A DNA stretch of 64,000 nucleotides from Methanotrichaceae archaeon (GCA_963803145.1 CAWDLW010000015.1:361733-425732), one strand, 5' to 3'; shown: positions 51,168 to 63,060, numbered from the stretch's first letter. Notes: a model not told the origin generated them from the sequence alone. Numbers and translations are program-made.

Positions 51168-52268
51168 TCATAGAACCTTTTCTATATATTCTATGCCGAG
51201 ATCCTCTTCGATCTTCAGCGCCTTCTCAAGCTTGCCTTTTGTAGCAGGCTTGTGAGGTACTGCCTTGCAGCCTTCAGCAGGCATGATGGATGCATCAAAG
51301 GTTCCTATCTTCCGGGCAATCCCCTCAGCTTCCACTTTATCAAAGCCAATGAGGGGCCTGTAGATCGGCATGCTGATTGCGCTATCCAGGACAAAGAGGT
51401 TATCCAGGGTCTGCGATGCGACCTGCCCCAGGGACTCACCTGTGACAATACCTTTGGCGCCAACTTCCTTGGCGATAGACTCAGCGATACGATACATACG
51501 GCGTTTACAGATAAGACATGTATAGTTTTCCAGGTTGCTTTTTCGCATAACTTCCATAGCTCTCAGCAGGAAATCATCTTTCACTATCCTAAGCTCAATA
51601 TCCGGCTGGTATGCCTTCAACGTTTCGATCACAGCCTCAGCCTTTTTCAGGGCGCTTTCGCTGGAAAAGGACTCCAGATCTGCATAGACTGGAATTATCT
51701 TGCAGCCGCGCTTCATCACCATCCAGGCGGCCACAGGCGAATCTATGCCCCCTGAGAAAAGAGCAACCAACTTTCCCTCTACACCTAGCGGCAAGCCTCC
51801 AGCACCCTTTATCACATCGCGGTAAAGGTAGCAGTCCTTGTCCCTTATCTCCACATAAATTGTTACATCGGGATTGTCCAGGTTTACCTTCAGGTTTGTA
51901 AACTGCTCTAGGATCTTATCGGCCAGTTCTATAGTCTTCTCATGAGAGGAGAATTGATGATCTCCAACTCTGCGCAGTCTCAGTGCAAATGTCTTTGCCC
52001 TATCCAGGCCTGCTCTCATAGAGAAGTCCATAATGTATGAGTCCAGCTCCTGTAGGGAACAGCGCTCGCATTCCGAGAACGATACTATTCCGAAGACTTT
52101 CTTTAGCCTCTCTGGATCCACCGGCCCTTCCAGCCAGATTCTTCCCCAACTCTTTCTAACCTTGCATTCTGGGAGTGCCTTCTGAAGGTTGGAGATGAGC
52201 ACATCTTCCCAGCGCCTGCGTACTGGAAGGGACTTGAGCGCTATCTCGGAATACCTAAGGAGATACAT
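51168..52268 (-). CDS. thiI: tRNA 4-thiouridine synthase (THUMP + PP-loop, no rhodanese domain)
   Basis: RYSEIALKS, GGLPLG, SGGIDSPVA, CLICKR, TGESLGQVASQT. Confidence 0.95.
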   Translation of the reverse strand: MYLLRYSEIALKSLPVRRRWEDVLISNLQKALPECKVRKSWGRIWLEGPVDPERLKKVFGIVSFSECERCSLQELDSYIMDFSMRAGLDRAKTFALRLRRVGDHQFSSHEKTIELADKILEQFTNLKVNLDNPDVTIYVEIRDKDCYLYRDVIKGAGGLPLGVEGKLVALFSGGIDSPVAAWMVMKRGCKIIPVYADLESFSSESALKKAEAVIETLKAYQPDIELRIVKDDFLLRAMEVMRKSNLENYTCLICKRRMYRIAESIAKEVGAKGIVTGESLGQVASQTLDNLFVLDSAISMPIYRPLIGFDKVEAEGIARKIGTFDASIMPAEGCKAVPHKPATKGKLEKALKIEEDLGIEYIEKVL

Positions 52269-52269
52269 T

Positions 52270-53007
52270 TCAGCTCCGGATCCCGCAGTCTCTGCAAGCT
52301 ATATCTCTCTCTACATCAATGGTCTCTGTAGAGAGCTTCAGGCCATCCCATATGAGGAGCTTATTTGCAAGAAGCTCACCTATTCCTGTAAGATACTTTA
52401 TTGCCTCAGTGGCTTGAATCAGGCCAATAATCCCAGGAGTGACACCGATTACAGGAAAGGTTGCAGGAGGCGGAGCCTGGGCAAAGATACACCTCAGGCA
52501 GGCTGTCTCTCCAGGCAGCACTGTAGTGGCCTGGCCATGAAACCCATAAATGGCACCGTGGATAAATGGTATGTTCTTCGAGATAGCAATCTTATTAAGC
52601 AGGTATCTGGTGTCAAAGTTATCCATAGCATCGATGATTAAATCTGCATCTCCAACCAGGCTGGGCGCATTGTGTTCATCTAGCGTCTCTGGAATCGCCA
52701 CTATACTGATGTCGGAGTTCATTTCTCTGAGCTTTTCCTTGGCCGATAGCGCCTTGCTTTTTCCCACATCCTTCTCAAAGTAGAGTATTTGACGATTTAG
52801 GTTGCTAAGCTCCACTACATCCTTATCTATAAGAACTATTTTTCCAATGCCTGCTGCTGCCAGATAAATAGAGATAGGAGAGCCCAGGCCGCCGGCGCCT
52901 GCAATGAATACCTTCGCATCTTTGAGCTTCTCCTGGCCATCTATCCCAAAGAGCTTTATCTGCCGATCATATCTTCTGAGATCTTTGTCGGTGATCATTG
53001 TAGTCAA
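52270..53007 (-). CDS. moeB: E1-like adenylyltransferase (MoeB/ThiF/UbaA family)
   Basis: RYDRQI, GAGGLG, SNLNRQ, DNFDTR, CLRC...CRDC. Confidence 0.9.
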   Translation of the reverse strand: MTTMITDKDLRRYDRQIKLFGIDGQEKLKDAKVFIAGAGGLGSPISIYLAAAGIGKIVLIDKDVVELSNLNRQILYFEKDVGKSKALSAKEKLREMNSDISIVAIPETLDEHNAPSLVGDADLIIDAMDNFDTRYLLNKIAISKNIPFIHGAIYGFHGQATTVLPGETACLRCIFAQAPPPATFPVIGVTPGIIGLIQATEAIKYLTGIGELLANKLLIWDGLKLSTETIDVERDIACRDCGIRS

Positions 53008-53333
53008 TCATCTCCCAAGATCAGTTAAACTTTGTCTTGTCGAGCTGGGATGCATATCGCCATTAAAGCGTTCTTCTATACAATACAGCGATTTGCGGCA
53101 ACAATTGCCGTATTAACAGCTGTTACGCATAAAAAGATTATTGGGAGGATTGTTGAGCAGATTTCAGGGATGGCTTTTTCTGGCGTCAAGTGAGCAATGC
53201 ATCACTAGATAGAGGCAATATGCTGCTAAGAATATTGGTTTCTTCGGACATGGCCTGCCACACCTACACTGCATCTACGATTGAGCAGTTAGTTTAATAA
53301 TCCCTTAAACCGTCCAATGAGCTGAAGATAAAT

Positions 53334-53780
53334 ATGAATAACCGACTTATATCTCTAATAGCCCTATTAGGAATTATAGCTGTCCTAAGTATAGCGGCAG
53401 CTTCTGCCCAAGAGAATGGCGCTGCTAGATTAAATAATATTTCCCAGGAAAATGGGACTTTTAACAATACCGACATAAATCTTTCGGATATGAGTAATAA
53501 AACAATTAATGAAACTAATTTTAATCAACCTAACCCTTCAAATGGAGATGTTTTTTTAATTACTAGTAATGTGACGGCTAGGCCAATGAGCGGCATCGGG
53601 ATAAATGTCTCAGACGAAAGCCCGAGGGTTCAATTGCCCAAAAAAGCGACGTTCTTAATAAGCGGCTATACCAGGCCAAAAACAGGTGCAGTCTATGAGA
53701 ATACATCTCTACTTAACGCCGCTTCTCTTAGCCGTGGCGTTGAGGGCACACCGCATGGATATACGACGTACTACAACTAA
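53334..53780 (+). CDS. Secreted Asn-rich hypothetical protein
   Basis: Signal peptide, sequons, C-terminal GTPHG. Confidence 0.7.
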   Translation: MNNRLISLIALLGIIAVLSIAAASAQENGAARLNNISQENGTFNNTDINLSDMSNKTINETNFNQPNPSNGDVFLITSNVTARPMSGIGINVSDESPRVQLPKKATFLISGYTRPKTGAVYENTSLLNAASLSRGVEGTPHGYTTYYN

Positions 53781-54285
53781 AGTTTAATGATTCTATATGG
53801 CTTCCTAGAGCGACTGGATGGTTTGCAGAAGATGCTTGTATGTCGAATCTTAGTATGTGTTTAGCTATACCAGACTCGGTTGTTAGATGCGGGTTTCAGT
53901 TCCTAACGGAATAATATATATTAGTCTGTATTTAAATGAAATCGATATCATTGGCGTCTTGGCCCTCAAAACAACCTTTAGCAATTAGCAGCAGGAGAAG
54001 TCGTAAAAATGGCTCATGGATACTGATTATAGTGAGCTAAACACATACGAATCTTATTATCCCAGTAGGGTTTGTAGCTGTTTCATCAGCCGATTCAATG
54101 GCGGTCATATTTTCTCTAGTATTTGAGTTCGTATCTGAAATTCAAAGATCGTTTTTGAAGTGATAAATATCATTCCAGTATGCCCTGACATATCTTCGAT
54201 GATTGCCAACATTTACCGATTGACCTAATATATTTAAATTGGATCAAAGCATCCAGCTTTTAGGCATCCTGGTGAGTTGTTAAGT

Positions 54286-54414
54286 ATGACGCCTGAGGAA
54301 AAGAGCAATGAGGTTAGAGAAATAGTCTGGGAAATGAGCAGAATGACCAACAAAATTCTAATTATGGCGGTCATCCTCGTTCTTGCGATCTATTATTACT
54401 TTAGCCATCTGTAG
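54286..54414 (+). CDS. Small single-TM protein (42 aa)
   Basis: GGTGA RBS; MTPEEKSNEVREIVWEMSRMTNKILIMAVILVLAIYYYFSHL. Confidence 0.45.
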   Translation: MTPEEKSNEVREIVWEMSRMTNKILIMAVILVLAIYYYFSHL

Positions 54415-54468
54415 TTCTGTGAGTTGATGGGCTCGAACGCTTATAAAAAGAAGACGTCTGGGTTTAAA

Positions 54469-56396
54469 CCTACATTCCGCACTTTAGACTCGTGATTTCT
54501 GAATTTTCAGCTTTTAAATATCAGAAACATTTTTAAATAAATAGCTGAAATGCCATTTTTGAAGGGATGTAGCGTGGATGTGGGAGTCCAGTCGTACAAT
54601 ATAGGTCATCTTGGTATCGTAGCCGGTATTTTTGATGACCTGAAAATTGCAGAAGTAATAGATAGATCTCTACCAAAGCAAGGTTCAAAGAATCTCCCTC
54701 ATTCGATAACAACAAAAGCCATGATCCTCAATGGCTTAGGATTCACTCATCAACGGCTATACCTGTTTCCCAACTTCTTCATGACAATACCAACCGAAAG
54801 GCTTCTTGGCAAAGACATCGCTCCCTCAGCCCTCAACGATGATGTAATCGGCAGAACCCTTGATGCAATCTATGAATATGGTGCAACTGAGCTTTTCAAT
54901 GAGATCACTTTGCAGGTCATGAAAAACTTCTCATTAGGAACTCAGCTGATCCATGTCGATACAACAAACTTCAGTGTTCAGGGCAAATACGAAAATGATG
55001 CACCAGACGGCACGGATTCAATAAGAATCACGTTTGGTCATGCCAAAGATGGCAGAACGGATCTGAAGCGTTTCGTTCTCGGCTTAGTAACAAATCAGTT
55101 TGGGATACCGCTTTACACCGAGGCATTCTCTGGAAACGAGTCCGATAAGAAAAGCCTAATCGAGATGATCCAAAAAACGCAACAGGCGATCAACTTAGAC
55201 GACAAAAGTTACTGGGTCGCGGATAGCGCTTTGTTTACTGAGGATAATATCAAACTTTTGGGAACGGAAAAGAAATGGATTACTCGCGCCCCGGCAACTT
55301 TAGAAGAGATAGATAAACTTCTCAATGCTGAATTGGATTTCACTCCAGGCACCGATTCCAGATATGCCTTTTACACTGCGGATCTGAGTTATGGCGGCAT
55401 TCCTCAGCGTGCCGTTGTTGTCTGGTCGGAAGAAAAGCAAAAGAGAGACGAACAGACCTTCGACAGGATGACTCAAAAGGAGACAACCCAGGCTGAAAAA
55501 GAACTCAAAAAGCTAATGAACAAGAAGTTCGCCTGCATTCCTGATGCTGAAAACGATGCTAAGATCTGGGCATCTGCGCATCCTCATCACCTACTCAAAA
55601 ATCCAAATGTACTGCCTGTGGCAGAAAAAGTTGAAAAAAGGCGCGGTCGGCCAAAGAAAGATGAACCTATAAAGGTTAGCTTTAAAATCGATGCCCATAT
55701 TGGTCTAAACGATGATGCTCTAAACGATGACCGCAAGAAGCTCGGTCGATTCGTATTAGTCAGCAATGATACCGGTCTTGATCCTGAGGTCATGCTCAAT
55801 TATTATAAAGGGCAGCAGACTGTGGAGCGTGGGTTTCGTTTCCTGAAGGATAAGTGCTTCCACGTCTCTGAGGTTTACCTGAAGAAGGAGGAAAGAATAG
55901 AAGCGCTATGCATGATCATGGTCCTTAGTCTTCTCATTTATTCTTTCGCAGAGTGGCGGCTTAGAGAGATGCTCAAGGAAACCGGTCAGACTGTGCCTAA
56001 TCAACTTAATAAACCAACTCAGCGGCCAACTATTAGATGGGTTTTCGAGATGTTTATGGGCGTGATTCAGGCTGTTGTTACTTTTGCTGGAAAAGTCATC
56101 AAAATCAGCGTGAATCTGAACAGCATTCAGGTTACAATTCTGAGGTTGTTGGGGCGCGGATGCGAAAATTATTACGGGATGAACTGAAAGTGCGGAATGT
56201 AGGATAACTTAGTATGAACAACATTTACGTTTTGCAGCATAAATCCTTATTTCATGCAAAAAGATAAGTTAAGACGACTTGCACAAAAAACTCTGATTTT
56301 CCTATTTGCTGAATAAATTTGGATATTAAGGGTGATATGTAAATCTTGTTTAGCCTGAAAATTATTTTTGTGCTAATTGAAAGTGCGGAATGTGGG
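54469..56396 (+). mobile_element. IS1634-family element with two right ends; transposase 54550-56187
   Basis: Left IR CCTACATTCCGCACTTT; right IRs end at 56203 and 56396; TTTAAA TSD flanks the distal one; HVDTT, GHAKDGRTDLK, VADSA, YKGQQTVERGFRFLK. Confidence 0.92.
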
Positions 56397-56709
56397 TTTA
56401 AACTCTGAAGCTAAACGTTTTATTAGCGAGCTGTTGTTCATTTTGGATATATATAATTCAAGGTGATTGGTTGATAGCAATTGAAATCATTTCTCTAAAC
56501 GCGTTTTGAGCCATATTGCCTGGAACACTCAGGTGGGAAATCGGTAAACGTTTTGGCCATTTCCCTTTTAGCGCATATAACGATAAGAGAACTATCAATC
56601 TTCCGCTCCAAAAATATCCTCAGAATATACACTTAGTATATTCAGCAATGCAATCTACGAAAGAATAAACAATTATAGTACAACAGATAGAGAGATCATT
56701 ACAAAGCAA

Positions 56710-57606
56710 TTGCTGAGAGGTAGTATTATGAAGCGATGCAGAGTGCCCTTTGAATTGGTATCTGGTGTAGCTTTAGCCCTTATCCTGGCTAGCCTTCTGG
56801 TTCCAGAAGCTGTGGCGTTAAACGCAAATAATTCAGATAACTCCCCGGCCCAAGATCAATCCCCCGCAGTAAGCCAGGAGACCCTTTGGAAGTTCATCCA
56901 GGCAGAAGATGCCTTGAACTCCAACCTGACCAGAATTGATGCGGCTCTGGCCAATATTTCCTCTGACCTGTCCAAGACAGGAATTCAAGGACCGAAAGCT
57001 CAGGCGATTCTGAAGAACTTTTCCGCTGTAGATCCAGCGCAGATCGACTGTATTACCATTGGCTTGAACGGTTCCATTCTGGAGATAAAGCCTGATGAGT
57101 ATGCGTATGTGAAAGGAGAGAATATTGGCTACCAGGAGCATATCAAGGAGCTCTTCGCTACCGATCGCCCCGTGGGCATGGCGTACATAAAGACAGTGGA
57201 AGGCTTCTATGCTGTGGACTTCGCGGCCCCAGTCTTCGACGGGAAGGGATGCCTTATCGGGGCTACCACGACATTGATCAATGCCACAGAGTTTTTTGGC
57301 CGCATTCTGGCTCCGTACCAGCCAAAGAGCGGCGGAAAGATCTGGGTCATGCGGCCTGCTGACGGCCTCGTCCTCTACGATACCGATGCCAGCCAGATAG
57401 GCATGAATCTTGAGGCTCCTATGTTCAAGCAGTTCCCTGATCTGATGGCCCTGGCTGATAGGATCATGGTGGAGAGCTCAGGTTATGGGACTTATGAGTT
57501 CTATAATGATCAGCATACCCAAAAGATAAAGAAGGGGCTATACTGGACGACGATCTACCACCAGGGGGAGCCGATAAGGCTCCTGCTCACTTTGGAAATG
57601 GCTTGA
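56710..57606 (+). CDS. Secreted Cache-domain protein
   Basis: Signal peptide, IGYQEHI, VEGFYAVDFAAPV, LYDTDASQIG. Confidence 0.8.
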   Translation: MLRGSIMKRCRVPFELVSGVALALILASLLVPEAVALNANNSDNSPAQDQSPAVSQETLWKFIQAEDALNSNLTRIDAALANISSDLSKTGIQGPKAQAILKNFSAVDPAQIDCITIGLNGSILEIKPDEYAYVKGENIGYQEHIKELFATDRPVGMAYIKTVEGFYAVDFAAPVFDGKGCLIGATTTLINATEFFGRILAPYQPKSGGKIWVMRPADGLVLYDTDASQIGMNLEAPMFKQFPDLMALADRIMVESSGYGTYEFYNDQHTQKIKKGLYWTTIYHQGEPIRLLLTLEMA

Positions 57607-58442
57607 AATATTAAATCCTGGAGCTATTAAGGACTGAATAGCTGTCATGGAGGAATGAGTAATAGGCGGCAGAAGTCAACTGCCGCCCCATGAATGGGTA
57701 GCTTGTGGTAAGTTAACTAGAAGAAGTGTTCTGGATAGCAAACTTCTTCTAAGATCATCGGGATGATTGTCGCCTGAGCAATTGCAGGTTAACTAAATCA
57801 CGGCACAGCGAAAACTGCAATATAGAATTTGTAAAGTGATATCTCTACTGGAAAGCATCCTCTATAGGCTAACCACCTATAGCCAATAGGATACTCTGCC
57901 TCTTTTTCTTTTATAAAGCACTACCTGAGCTTCTTTAGCCTTTGATAATTTTAATTTAAGAAGACCATTTAACTGGTGCCTCAGCAAGATATGCCCGAGC
58001 TGCATGTGGATCGCTCCATAGCTCATCGATCCTTAGCTCAGCCATGCCCCAAATTACATCATCTACTCCGAATTCATCGTCCCTTATCTGCCACCATTCT
58101 AGACAGATATCAGCGGCCAGCTTGCAAGCATCCATGTCGGATAAATGGATGGCGGCGCAAAGCTTTTCGCCTACACACTCACCAACTGGTGCTCTGGTGC
58201 AACGATCACAGGCCATGTCGGCCCATATACGCAGTATAGCTCAAAAAGGTTATCGTGGAGAAGTTTTCGCTATATCCCTTGATCATCATTTTGTTAAACA
58301 GAAGTTGCTTGTACATCAATTTCATCCGTGCTCCAGTCATTTGAAAAAGGTAATTTATGATTAAACGTGCTGCGTGGGCGGCCTAATAAGAGCGGGATGT
58401 AGCTAGTCAGCCAACATCACAGTCTCGCTCTCTTTGGCAATC

Positions 58443-59471
58443 TCATTTAAATGCCGTATCTACCTTGATCTTGCCGTCCACGATGCTCATTTCAGTCTGG
58501 TTAATTTTGGCCTTGACATCTGCAGGTGTAGCCTCATCATAGTACTTGTTGCGCGCTATGCTTACGCCGCACTCCTTGATGCCCAAAGCCTCTGCCTGCC
58601 CAAAGGGCAATCGGCCCTCAATGTACAGCTTTAAAGCACGGTATAAGCTTTTATCCACGTTCTTCATCATAGATGTGAGTATATGCTTTGCCTGTTCAGG
58701 GTTGGTCCCCTCAATTATCAGTGCTTGGTCGGAATCAACACCAATGGCATATTTTCCTGATTCCTGAGCAGCCTTGAAGACACCCATACCTGTAGTTCCG
58801 GCTGCCTGGAAGACTATATCAGCTCCTTCTCCATACATCTCTTTGGCCAATGTCTCGCCCTTAGCCTGATCGCTCCAGTTTTCTGCGTACTGAACGAGTA
58901 TCTTAATATCAGGTCTTACGGACCTTGCGCCCTGCTCGTATCCAACAACGAAATCGTTTATTGTTGTGTCGTTTTGTCCACCAAGTATGCCGATTATACC
59001 TGATTTTGTCATCAATCCGGCATAGACACCTACGAGGTATGAGCCCTCGTTTTGCTTGTAATGGATAGAATAAACGTTGCTGTAGTTGCCGCCTGTGTAG
59101 TTAACTGAGGAATCATAGATTATGAACCTCTTATCAGGATGCTTTTGAGCAACCTCCTGCAGTAATTCCGGCATTAAAATTGTGCCTACAATCATGATAT
59201 AATAATCCTTATTGGCAGCAGCATCAAGCTTTTCCCTCCAACTGGATGCGTTGTAGCCTGCCTCAATCGTTGTCACATCAAGATTGAAATCATTTTTGGC
59301 TTCGGCTATGCCGCGCACCGCAGAATCAAAGAATGATTTATCGCCCTGAGCACCATTTATAAAGTGTATAACCTTCACAGTATTATTTTCAGGTTGATTG
59401 GGAGAACCAGAAGCGAATGATGCTGCAAATATGAGGATAATCATCCCGATAACAAATGATTTTAGTTGCAT
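58443..59471 (-). CDS. BMP family ABC transporter substrate-binding protein
   Basis: GDKSFFD, EGSYLVG, GADIVFQAAG, IGVDSDQ, TSMMKNVD. Confidence 0.92.
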   Translation of the reverse strand: MQLKSFVIGMIILIFAASFASGSPNQPENNTVKVIHFINGAQGDKSFFDSAVRGIAEAKNDFNLDVTTIEAGYNASSWREKLDAAANKDYYIMIVGTILMPELLQEVAQKHPDKRFIIYDSSVNYTGGNYSNVYSIHYKQNEGSYLVGVYAGLMTKSGIIGILGGQNDTTINDFVVGYEQGARSVRPDIKILVQYAENWSDQAKGETLAKEMYGEGADIVFQAAGTTGMGVFKAAQESGKYAIGVDSDQALIIEGTNPEQAKHILTSMMKNVDKSLYRALKLYIEGRLPFGQAEALGIKECGVSIARNKYYDEATPADVKAKINQTEMSIVDGKIKVDTAFK

Positions 59472-59732
59472 ATTGAGAAAGAGGCTTTCTGCTATTATAC
59501 TGTTTCCTTTGTCATGACAATATAAATCTTTAATAAGAAAAATATATTCATCTCAAATAGTGCTTAATTAATATTTATGCCCATGATGAAGTAGTCAGAG
59601 TAGCTGATGGGGAATAGAATATTACTGGGTATTAATGTCAGGCAAGATGTTATTATTGTCAGCATTGATACAATGAATAGAAAGAACCTCATTGTGCTTC
59701 CAATTATACTCTAACAATTATACAATAATAGC

Positions 59733-60401
59733 TTAAGGCTCAATCCATTCGACTCTTATATCTTCATCGATCTCCACAACTGCCGCATAACCTCTGCGGA
59801 GTTCTCCAACGTTTATTATTTTAGTATTCCCTATCTTGGCCTCGCCTCTGTCCTCGTGAATATGGCCGCACATAAGCAGATCGGGCTGAAACTCCTCGAT
59901 AAATCTGCGCAGTCCAAGAGAGCCTGAGATCTCACCGTTGTATATCCTATCTCTCGCGCCGCGTGGTGGCTGATGTGTCAGTACTATTTTTCGTTTTGAA
60001 CCTGAGATCTTCCCATGAAGCATTGCCAGAGACTCGTAGATCTCCTCGTTCGAATGGTAATACCTGGCAGGGTCTCCAAGCCTTTTGGGATTATTGGGCA
60101 CCATCCCGCCCATCCCGATAAAGCCATAGTCTCCATACTGGCAGGAACTGCAATGGATCATCTTAATCTTCGCATCTTTCCATATTTGTGGCACTACATC
60201 CTTATGATCCATGTTTCCTGGAACTATCAGCACTGGCGGGCCAAGCTTTGCCAGAGATTCGGCAACTGGCCGCGCCTGTTCAGGGCTACTACCATTATGG
60301 AGATCTCCACAGAAGGCGATTAGGTCGACGTTTGCTCTTAGTGAGTCAAGCATCTCAGCCCGATCATGAAGATCGGCAATGCCAAGAATCTTTATGGACA
60401 T
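59733..60401 (-). CDS. Icc-like metallophosphoesterase
   Basis: ADLH, CGD, PGNMD, THQPP, CGHIHE; start reassigned to MSIKIL. Confidence 0.9.
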   Translation of the reverse strand: MSIKILGIADLHDRAEMLDSLRANVDLIAFCGDLHNGSSPEQARPVAESLAKLGPPVLIVPGNMDHKDVVPQIWKDAKIKMIHCSSCQYGDYGFIGMGGMVPNNPKRLGDPARYYHSNEEIYESLAMLHGKISGSKRKIVLTHQPPRGARDRIYNGEISGSLGLRRFIEEFQPDLLMCGHIHEDRGEAKIGNTKIINVGELRRGYAAVVEIDEDIRVEWIEP

Positions 60402-60462
60402 AGCATCTGTTCTATGATTCATCTCTTTATTTTTAAATGTAATACCCCGGAGCTTGACATTG

Positions 60463-61266
60463 CTACTCTGAACTAGCATTAGCCGCATACCCCAGTTCCG
60501 AAGCCCTAGAAAAGATTGCATTAGCCTCAGAGAGGCGACCAGCGGCTTTAAGCGCCTCACCTTTATGGAACCATATCATCCCAGCTTTGGGATCTATCTC
60601 AATTGCTTTGCTGAAGCACTCAATAGATTCATTATATTTCCCTAAAGCAGCTAGCGCCTCTCCTTTTGTGTCCCAGGTAGCAGCTTCATTGGGATTGATT
60701 TTCAGGGATTTTTCTGCATATTCTATTGATTCATTATATTTCCCAAGATTATATAACGACCAGCCTTTATTATTCCAGGCTTTAGTATTGTTTTGGCTAA
60801 TTCTGATAGCTTCATCAAAACATTTGATGGATTCATCATATTTGCCATGATCGCTGAGAGCAATGCCCTCGTTATCCCAGGCAGCGGAATCATTTGGATT
60901 TATTCTAATGGTCTCATTAAAGCATTTAATCGCCTCATCATACCTATTTTGCCTTCTGAGTGCCTCGCCTTTGCCAAACCAAGCCGGAGCATTATTTGGA
61001 TTTATTTGGATTGATTCATTGAAGCATTTCGTGGCTTCATCGTTTTTATCCCGGGCAAGGAGGGTTATACCTTCTTTGTACCAGGTCTCAGAAACTTTTT
61101 CAGTAGCGTTTTGTGCAGCAGTTAAGCTCAAGCCATTTGAAACCCAATTATCATTCTGTTCAGCCAAGTTTGCTAGATCTATCGATTCTGAACTACCATC
61201 TTCTCCTAAAGCAAGGCATAGCGGTAAAATCAGTCCTATTAGCACAAGAACAAATTTGGTTCTCAA
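60463..61266 (-). CDS. Secreted TPR protein (paralog of 43102-43791)
   Basis: Signal peptide, TPRs, shared C-terminus EANAxFxxAxELGY. Confidence 0.9.
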   Translation of the reverse strand: MRTKFVLVLIGLILPLCLALGEDGSSESIDLANLAEQNDNWVSNGLSLTAAQNATEKVSETWYKEGITLLARDKNDEATKCFNESIQINPNNAPAWFGKGEALRRQNRYDEAIKCFNETIRINPNDSAAWDNEGIALSDHGKYDESIKCFDEAIRISQNNTKAWNNKGWSLYNLGKYNESIEYAEKSLKINPNEAATWDTKGEALAALGKYNESIECFSKAIEIDPKAGMIWFHKGEALKAAGRLSEANAIFSRASELGYAANASSE

Positions 61267-61319
61267 GATCTTCCCTCCACACGACTTATTTATATCATCT
61301 GTAAACTAGAAAAATTTTA

Positions 61320-61803
61320 CTAGACAACCTTGAGCCCGGTATCAAGCCTGGCGATCTTGCTGTATCCCAATTCGACCAATATATCCCCGAAGCTTTTGGG
61401 TACTAAGTGATGCTCAATGGCATATTTCTTGGCCTCTATGTCTGAATAACCCAGGTTGGACGCCCACATCGGAGTACAGAAATATCCTACTCCCTGATGG
61501 CTGCTGAGCGCATCAGCGTATTGCCTGTTTCCTCCAAGAGCTGCGGCTATGCAATCATCCACTCTCTGCCCTGAGAATCTTGCTATCGATATGTAAAGCG
61601 ATCGTTAGAACATCTACAACGATAATTATCTCCTCACTGGCTGCGAGCAGATGTGAGCGGTTTCTAGATCGCAGTTTTCTCGAAAGATCAAAGCAATCCG
61701 GATTATCGATAAGGATAAGGTGCCTCAGATCATGATCGTCCGATAGAACATGAGCCAGTTCATCCTCGAGCGCCTTGCAAGCTATTATTCCCAGCACCAG
61801 CAA
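61320..61803 (-). pseudogene. DUF1638-like protein, fragmented
   Basis: LGIIACKALEDE, ALH, DDCIAAALGG, YFCTPMWA in two frames. Confidence 0.6.
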
Positions 61804-61897
61804 AATTTTACCTCTTACTTAGCCATTTAATTTTTCCGATGGGCTCAGGTGATTTAGAGTAGTATATGTCTTTATACATTAAAACGAAGGGACTATT

Positions 61898-62287
61898 ATG
61901 CCGGTAGTGAAGATAAGCGTAATTGAAGGAAGGACCCAGGAAGAAAAGCATGCAGTTATGACTGCTATACATCAGGCTCTTATCAAGTCGTTCAAGATAC
62001 CTGAAAATGAAAGGAACATCAGGATTGAGGAATATAAGAAGGAGAATTACATTCTTCCTCCTGTAAGAAGTGAAAAATATACCCTGGTGGAAATAACTGC
62101 TTTTTCAGGCCGTAGTATAGATGCAAAGCGGCTCTTGTACAGGAGTATCATAGAAAACCTCAAAACGCTTGGAATAGATGCGATGGATATTTTCATAATA
62201 ATATACGAAGAGCCTCTGGAAAACTGGGGAATACGAGGCGGAATCCCTGCATGCGATCTTGATCTGGGCTTCAATATCGATGTCTGA
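61898..62287 (+). CDS. Tautomerase family protein
   Basis: N-terminal catalytic Pro (MPVVKI), GRS, EEPLENWGIRGG. Confidence 0.9.
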   Translation: MPVVKISVIEGRTQEEKHAVMTAIHQALIKSFKIPENERNIRIEEYKKENYILPPVRSEKYTLVEITAFSGRSIDAKRLLYRSIIENLKTLGIDAMDIFIIIYEEPLENWGIRGGIPACDLDLGFNIDV

Positions 62288-62608
62288 GAGCAATGTCGGA
62301 GTGTGCATATCAAGCGGGTGAAGTCATCCGACTGATTCAAAGGCATGAGCTGGGAGAACTGCTTGTAGAATTTCCTCTGATGTAAGGATATTTCCAATAT
62401 TGGAATTTGGATTAAGCAAATCAAGGAATCTTGAAGCGGTCATAGATCGATTGCGAAAAGATGGTTTTAATGTATCCATCGAAAGAGTATCCTATGAATT
62501 CCAAAAAGTATCACGGCTACATAAAGGGCCTATCAAAGCCAATTTGCCAACTTCAAAGCGCAGAGCTCATTAAAGGTGTCAATAGGGGCGTATTGGAGAT
62601 GAGGGCAT

Positions 62609-62981
62609 ATGAAGGTACTTGGGGTGATGACGAGAATTTATCTTGTTCCGGCGAACCTCGATGATGCGGTAGCATTTTACGAGACGCTCTTAGGCGTAAA
62701 ATGCGATCTGCGCTTCGAATGTGCGGAGGCAGGGCTTGAACTCGCTGGTGTAGGTCCAATGCTATTGATTGCAGGATCTGAGGAAAAACTGCATAGCTTC
62801 AGGCAGACTCAGGCCACAATCATTGTCGATTATTGTCGATTCGATCGAGGACTTCAGGAACTGGCTGCAGGAGGCTGGGGCAGTGATCTTGGAAGAGCCA
62901 AAGAATGTTCCGACAAGCCGAAACATGCGAGTACGCCATCCAGATGGCACTATAATTGAGTATGTGGAACACACTCGCTAA
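62609..62981 (+). pseudogene. VOC/glyoxalase family protein frameshifted by a 10-bp tandem duplication
   Basis: attgtcgatt twice at 62822-62841; the halves join to ...ATIIVDSIEDF...HPDGTIIEYVE. Confidence 0.85.
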
Positions 62982-63060
62982 GTACGGTCTGACTACCGCT
63001 TTCAATGAATTATCATGAAAGCTTGGATTGAAGTAATATCGATAATATTTCCGCACTATG

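Noticed and set aside
57660-57900. Several hairpins downstream of the Cache gene (ggcggcag…ctgccgcc; agaagaagt…acttcttct)
   Set aside because: Single copy with no recognisable family; could be terminators, but support is too weak
59733-60560. 275-aa call for the metallophosphoesterase
   Set aside because: The extension overlaps the TPR gene; family motifs begin at MSIKIL (60401)
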